DNA of 64,000 bases from the NCBI GenBank assembly GCA_963750165.1, contig CAVVPN010000010.1:160001-224000 (forward strand). Reading direction: 5' to 3'. Each line of letters begins with the position of its first letter. The stretch's first letter is position 1. Below are positions 61,405 to 64,000 of the stretch, piece by piece. A program made the translations under genes and the position numbers. The notes under the pieces were generated by a model that saw only the letters and a list, made by a program, of their open reading frames with translations, did not search any database and was not told the origin of the DNA. The stretch comes from an uncultured Gemmataceae bacterium. Its GTDB lineage: Bacteria; Planctomycetota; Planctomycetia; Gemmatales; Gemmataceae.

Positions 61405-62457
61405 GTGCCGCATCGCGAAAACGGCCTTTCACGAAAACTGGAAATGGCGTATCTTGCCTGGTCCCTCGATTGTGAGGCAGGAGATCGACCAATGGCAGGG
61501 AAGGCCGCGAAGATCATTATCAGCGAAAGGCAGCAGGATCTGCTGAAGGAATTCAGCAAGTCACGCACGGTCGGCAAGTGCGTCGCGCAGCGGGCGACAA
61601 TCATTTTGCTGGGATTCGCCGGCCTGCTGAACGAAGAGATCGCTCTGCAGGTCGGCCTCAACCGGCAGCAGGTGGGCATCTGGCGGCAGCGGTGGCGGGA
61701 CGCCTGGGATTCGCTGTGCGTGTGGGAATGTCACCGAACCCCACCGTCTGCGTGAGGCGATCCTCGACGTTCTCTCCGACGCCCCGCGACCGGGTGCCCC
61801 GGCGACGTTCACCGCCGAGCAGGTGGCCCAGATCGTGGCGTTGGCGTGCGAGCCGCCGAAGTTGTCGGGCCGGCCGATCGACCACTGGACGCTCCGGGAA
61901 CTGCGCGACGAGGCGATCAAGCGGCAGATCGTGGCGGATATTTCCGTGTCTCAGGTCGGCCGCTTCCTGCAGCAGGCAGCCGTGCAGCCGCACCGCAAGA
62001 AAATGTGGCTCAACACCACGGAGAAGGACCCCCAGAAGTTCCAGGCCGAGGTCGAAAATGTTTGCCGAACCTACCTCGAGGCAGCGGCGAAGGCGGCGAC
62101 CGATGGCACGCACACGGTGAGCGTGGACGAGGCGACCTCGCTGCAGGCCATCGAGCGGAACGCCCCCGACAAGCCGGCGAAACCCGACAGCGTGGCGAAG
62201 CAGGAATTCGAATACACCCGGCACGGGACGACGACGCTGACGGCAGGTCTGGACGTGGTGACGGGGATGATCGTCTGCCCGACGCTGGAGGCGACCCGTA
62301 CCGAACCGGAGTTCGTCGAGCACATCGCCCGGACCGTGGACACCGACCCCGCCGCCGAATGGATCTTCGTGGTCGACTGCCTCAACACGCACATGTCGGA
62401 AAGCCTGGTGAAGTTCGTCGCCGAACGCTGCGGACTGCCCGACGCGCTGGGAAAAAA
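61405..62457 (+). mobile_element. IS630-family element, 5' part; transposase from 61492, frameshift ~61731, interrupted by another IS
   Basis: TA before the putative end; QRA.IIL...WR.RW, D.PR.G.P..FT, ACE.P..SGRP..HWT, SVDE.T..QA.ER, EYTRHGT, DCLNTH. Confidence 0.88.
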
Positions 62458-64000
62458 CCTAGGACAGCAAAGTCGGCTGGAGCAGTTTTTCCTCCAACTG
62501 TTGGAGGAACGCCCGGGGATTGCGCCGGAACCGTGTGCGGTTGACTCGGCGGCGGCGGCGGGACTCCAGGTGTTGGCGGAGTTCCGCCTGCCTGGCCGGG
62601 TCTGCCTCCGCCAACTCTTCCGCTGTGTAGAGGTGCTGCCGGGTCGCCGCGGCCGCCAACACGCGGGCCTCCCCACGGAGCACCAGACTCGGGGATGCCC
62701 CTTTGCGGCCGCTGGCCCGGCGCTCGTGGTACCGATGGCTGCCGAAGAACTGCTCCAGGTCGTTGTTGGTCCGCGGCAAGTCGGCTACCGCGTAGCAGTG
62801 GAACAACCCCGGCCAGTAACTCCGGGTGACCTTCACGAAGTGCTCGACCCCGCTGGCCAACACCCCTGCCAACCGGCGCTGCCGCGTCATCGCCCCCAGC
62901 AGGCCGCCCAAACGTCGGCGCACCGTCACCGCCACCCCGGGGCCGTGCTCGCCCAGCAGGGGGGCCACTTGCCACACCCAGGCGTAGGCCACGCGCACGG
63001 GCGGCCACAGGGGCGCCGTCGCCGCCAACGCCACCACCAGCAATTGCCTCAGCCGGACGAGTTCTTTGGGGAGCCCCTTTTTTCGGCCACCCCGTCCAGG
63101 CTGGCCACCACGGCGGACAGGCGGTCGTGGAGTTGCAGACCGGAGGCTTCCAGGGGCGGCCGGCCGTCGTCGGTCACGGCGCTGCGGACGGCGTCGCAGT
63201 ACCCCTGGATGGCCGGGGCTTCCGGGTCGGTGCGGCCCTCCAGTTGCCGCTCGAGCGGGCGCACGCCGCGGACGCGCTTCTTGAGTTCCTTCTTGGCATG
63301 ACGGTCGGCCTCGTAGATCGGCCGGGCGGCCTCGCGGAGGTAGTGGAAGTGGCAGAGTTGGTGCGGCACGCCGGGCAAGGCTTCGGCCACGGCCTTACGG
63401 ATGGAGTGTTGGCCGTCGGAGACCACGCCCGTGATCGGCACCGCCAGGCCGTCGCGCACCTGGCCGAGCAGGGCCGCCAGGTCCTGCTGCCGGCTGGACA
63501 ACAGGCTGCGGGCCAGCAGGACGGTGCCGGACAGGCAGTCGCGCAACACCCAGAGCACTTCGTGGCCGACGTCGGGCTGCAGGCCGTCGATGGCCAGGAG
63601 GACTCGGCCCTGCGCGGCGAGCAGGCCGTGCAGGCGGCCGGCGTCGGTCAGGGTGACGGCCAGCAACTCGTCGTAGCGCTCCAGGAGGTTAGTGACGGTG
63701 CGCTCGGCGATGGCCAGGCCCCGGGCGACCAGGTGCTGGTGGATTTCGGGGACGGAGCGGTGTTCGGCGTAGCGCAGGGCACCGACCTGGGCGATGACGT
63801 CCAGGCCGAACTCGTGCTGGGGCAGAGCGTGGCGGCCCTCGGCCTCGGGGCGGTAGGACTGCAGGTAGCGTGGGCAGTCGGCGTGGTGGCAGCGGCGGAC
63901 GTGGAGCACAAGCCGCGTCAGGCCCAGGAGTGTGGCGACCGTCCGGCGGTTGCAGTAGTCGGCCCACATCGGCTGCTGGCAGTCGGGGCAATGCTGGTAC
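62458..64000 (-). mobile_element. ISNCY/MULE-like IS (partial) with two-frame transposase (63049-64000 and 62459-~63085)
   Basis: LAIDGLQP, VVSDGQ, HQLCHFHYLRE, PRTNNDLEQFFG; frames join at an A6G4 tract near 63074-63083. Confidence 0.8.

Noticed and set aside
61823..63301. 492-aa ORF as one transposase
   Set aside because: Chimera: the IS630 frame reads on into the antisense strand of the inserted IS.

Overview
GC-rich bacterial DNA, most likely Planctomycetota (Gemmataceae-like). This rests on a LEDRLAPA-type extracellular motif, a Gemmata-style WD40 protein and characteristic intergenic palindromes. Housekeeping genes lie at both ends: mfd and a PpiC/SurA-type PPIase on the left; a methyltransferase, metF, ggt, WD40, HAD, glgC-like and malQ on the right. 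Between them is about 43 kb of accessory DNA starting at tRNA-Ser(GGA). It contains (i) integrase, Crp and IS5 remnants; (ii) a defence-like locus (GHKL ATPase with a degenerate PD-(D/E)xK tail, C5 DNA methyltransferase, ABC ATPase and HNH nuclease, Septu-like); (iii) a plasmid backbone of about 26 kb (RepB-type primase, RPA-family RepA with iterons and a DnaA box, ParA/ParG, MOBF relaxase-helicase, DarB-like N6-MTase/SF2 helicase and many small genes) with no T4SS, coupling protein or intact integrase visible; and (iv) a 7.3-kb repetitive surface-protein gene. The best novelty candidates are a TGT/DpdA-like TIM-barrel enzyme fused to an ISL3-derived zinc-finger/HTH domain at the end of a hairpin-headed plasmid operon, several plasmid proteins carrying beta-clamp-like QxxLF motifs, and the dead-nuclease R-M plus Septu-like locus. 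Several 1-bp frameshifts in conserved genes suggest sequencing indels, so fusions and pseudogenes need read-level checks. All family calls are by eye from motifs; no searches were run.
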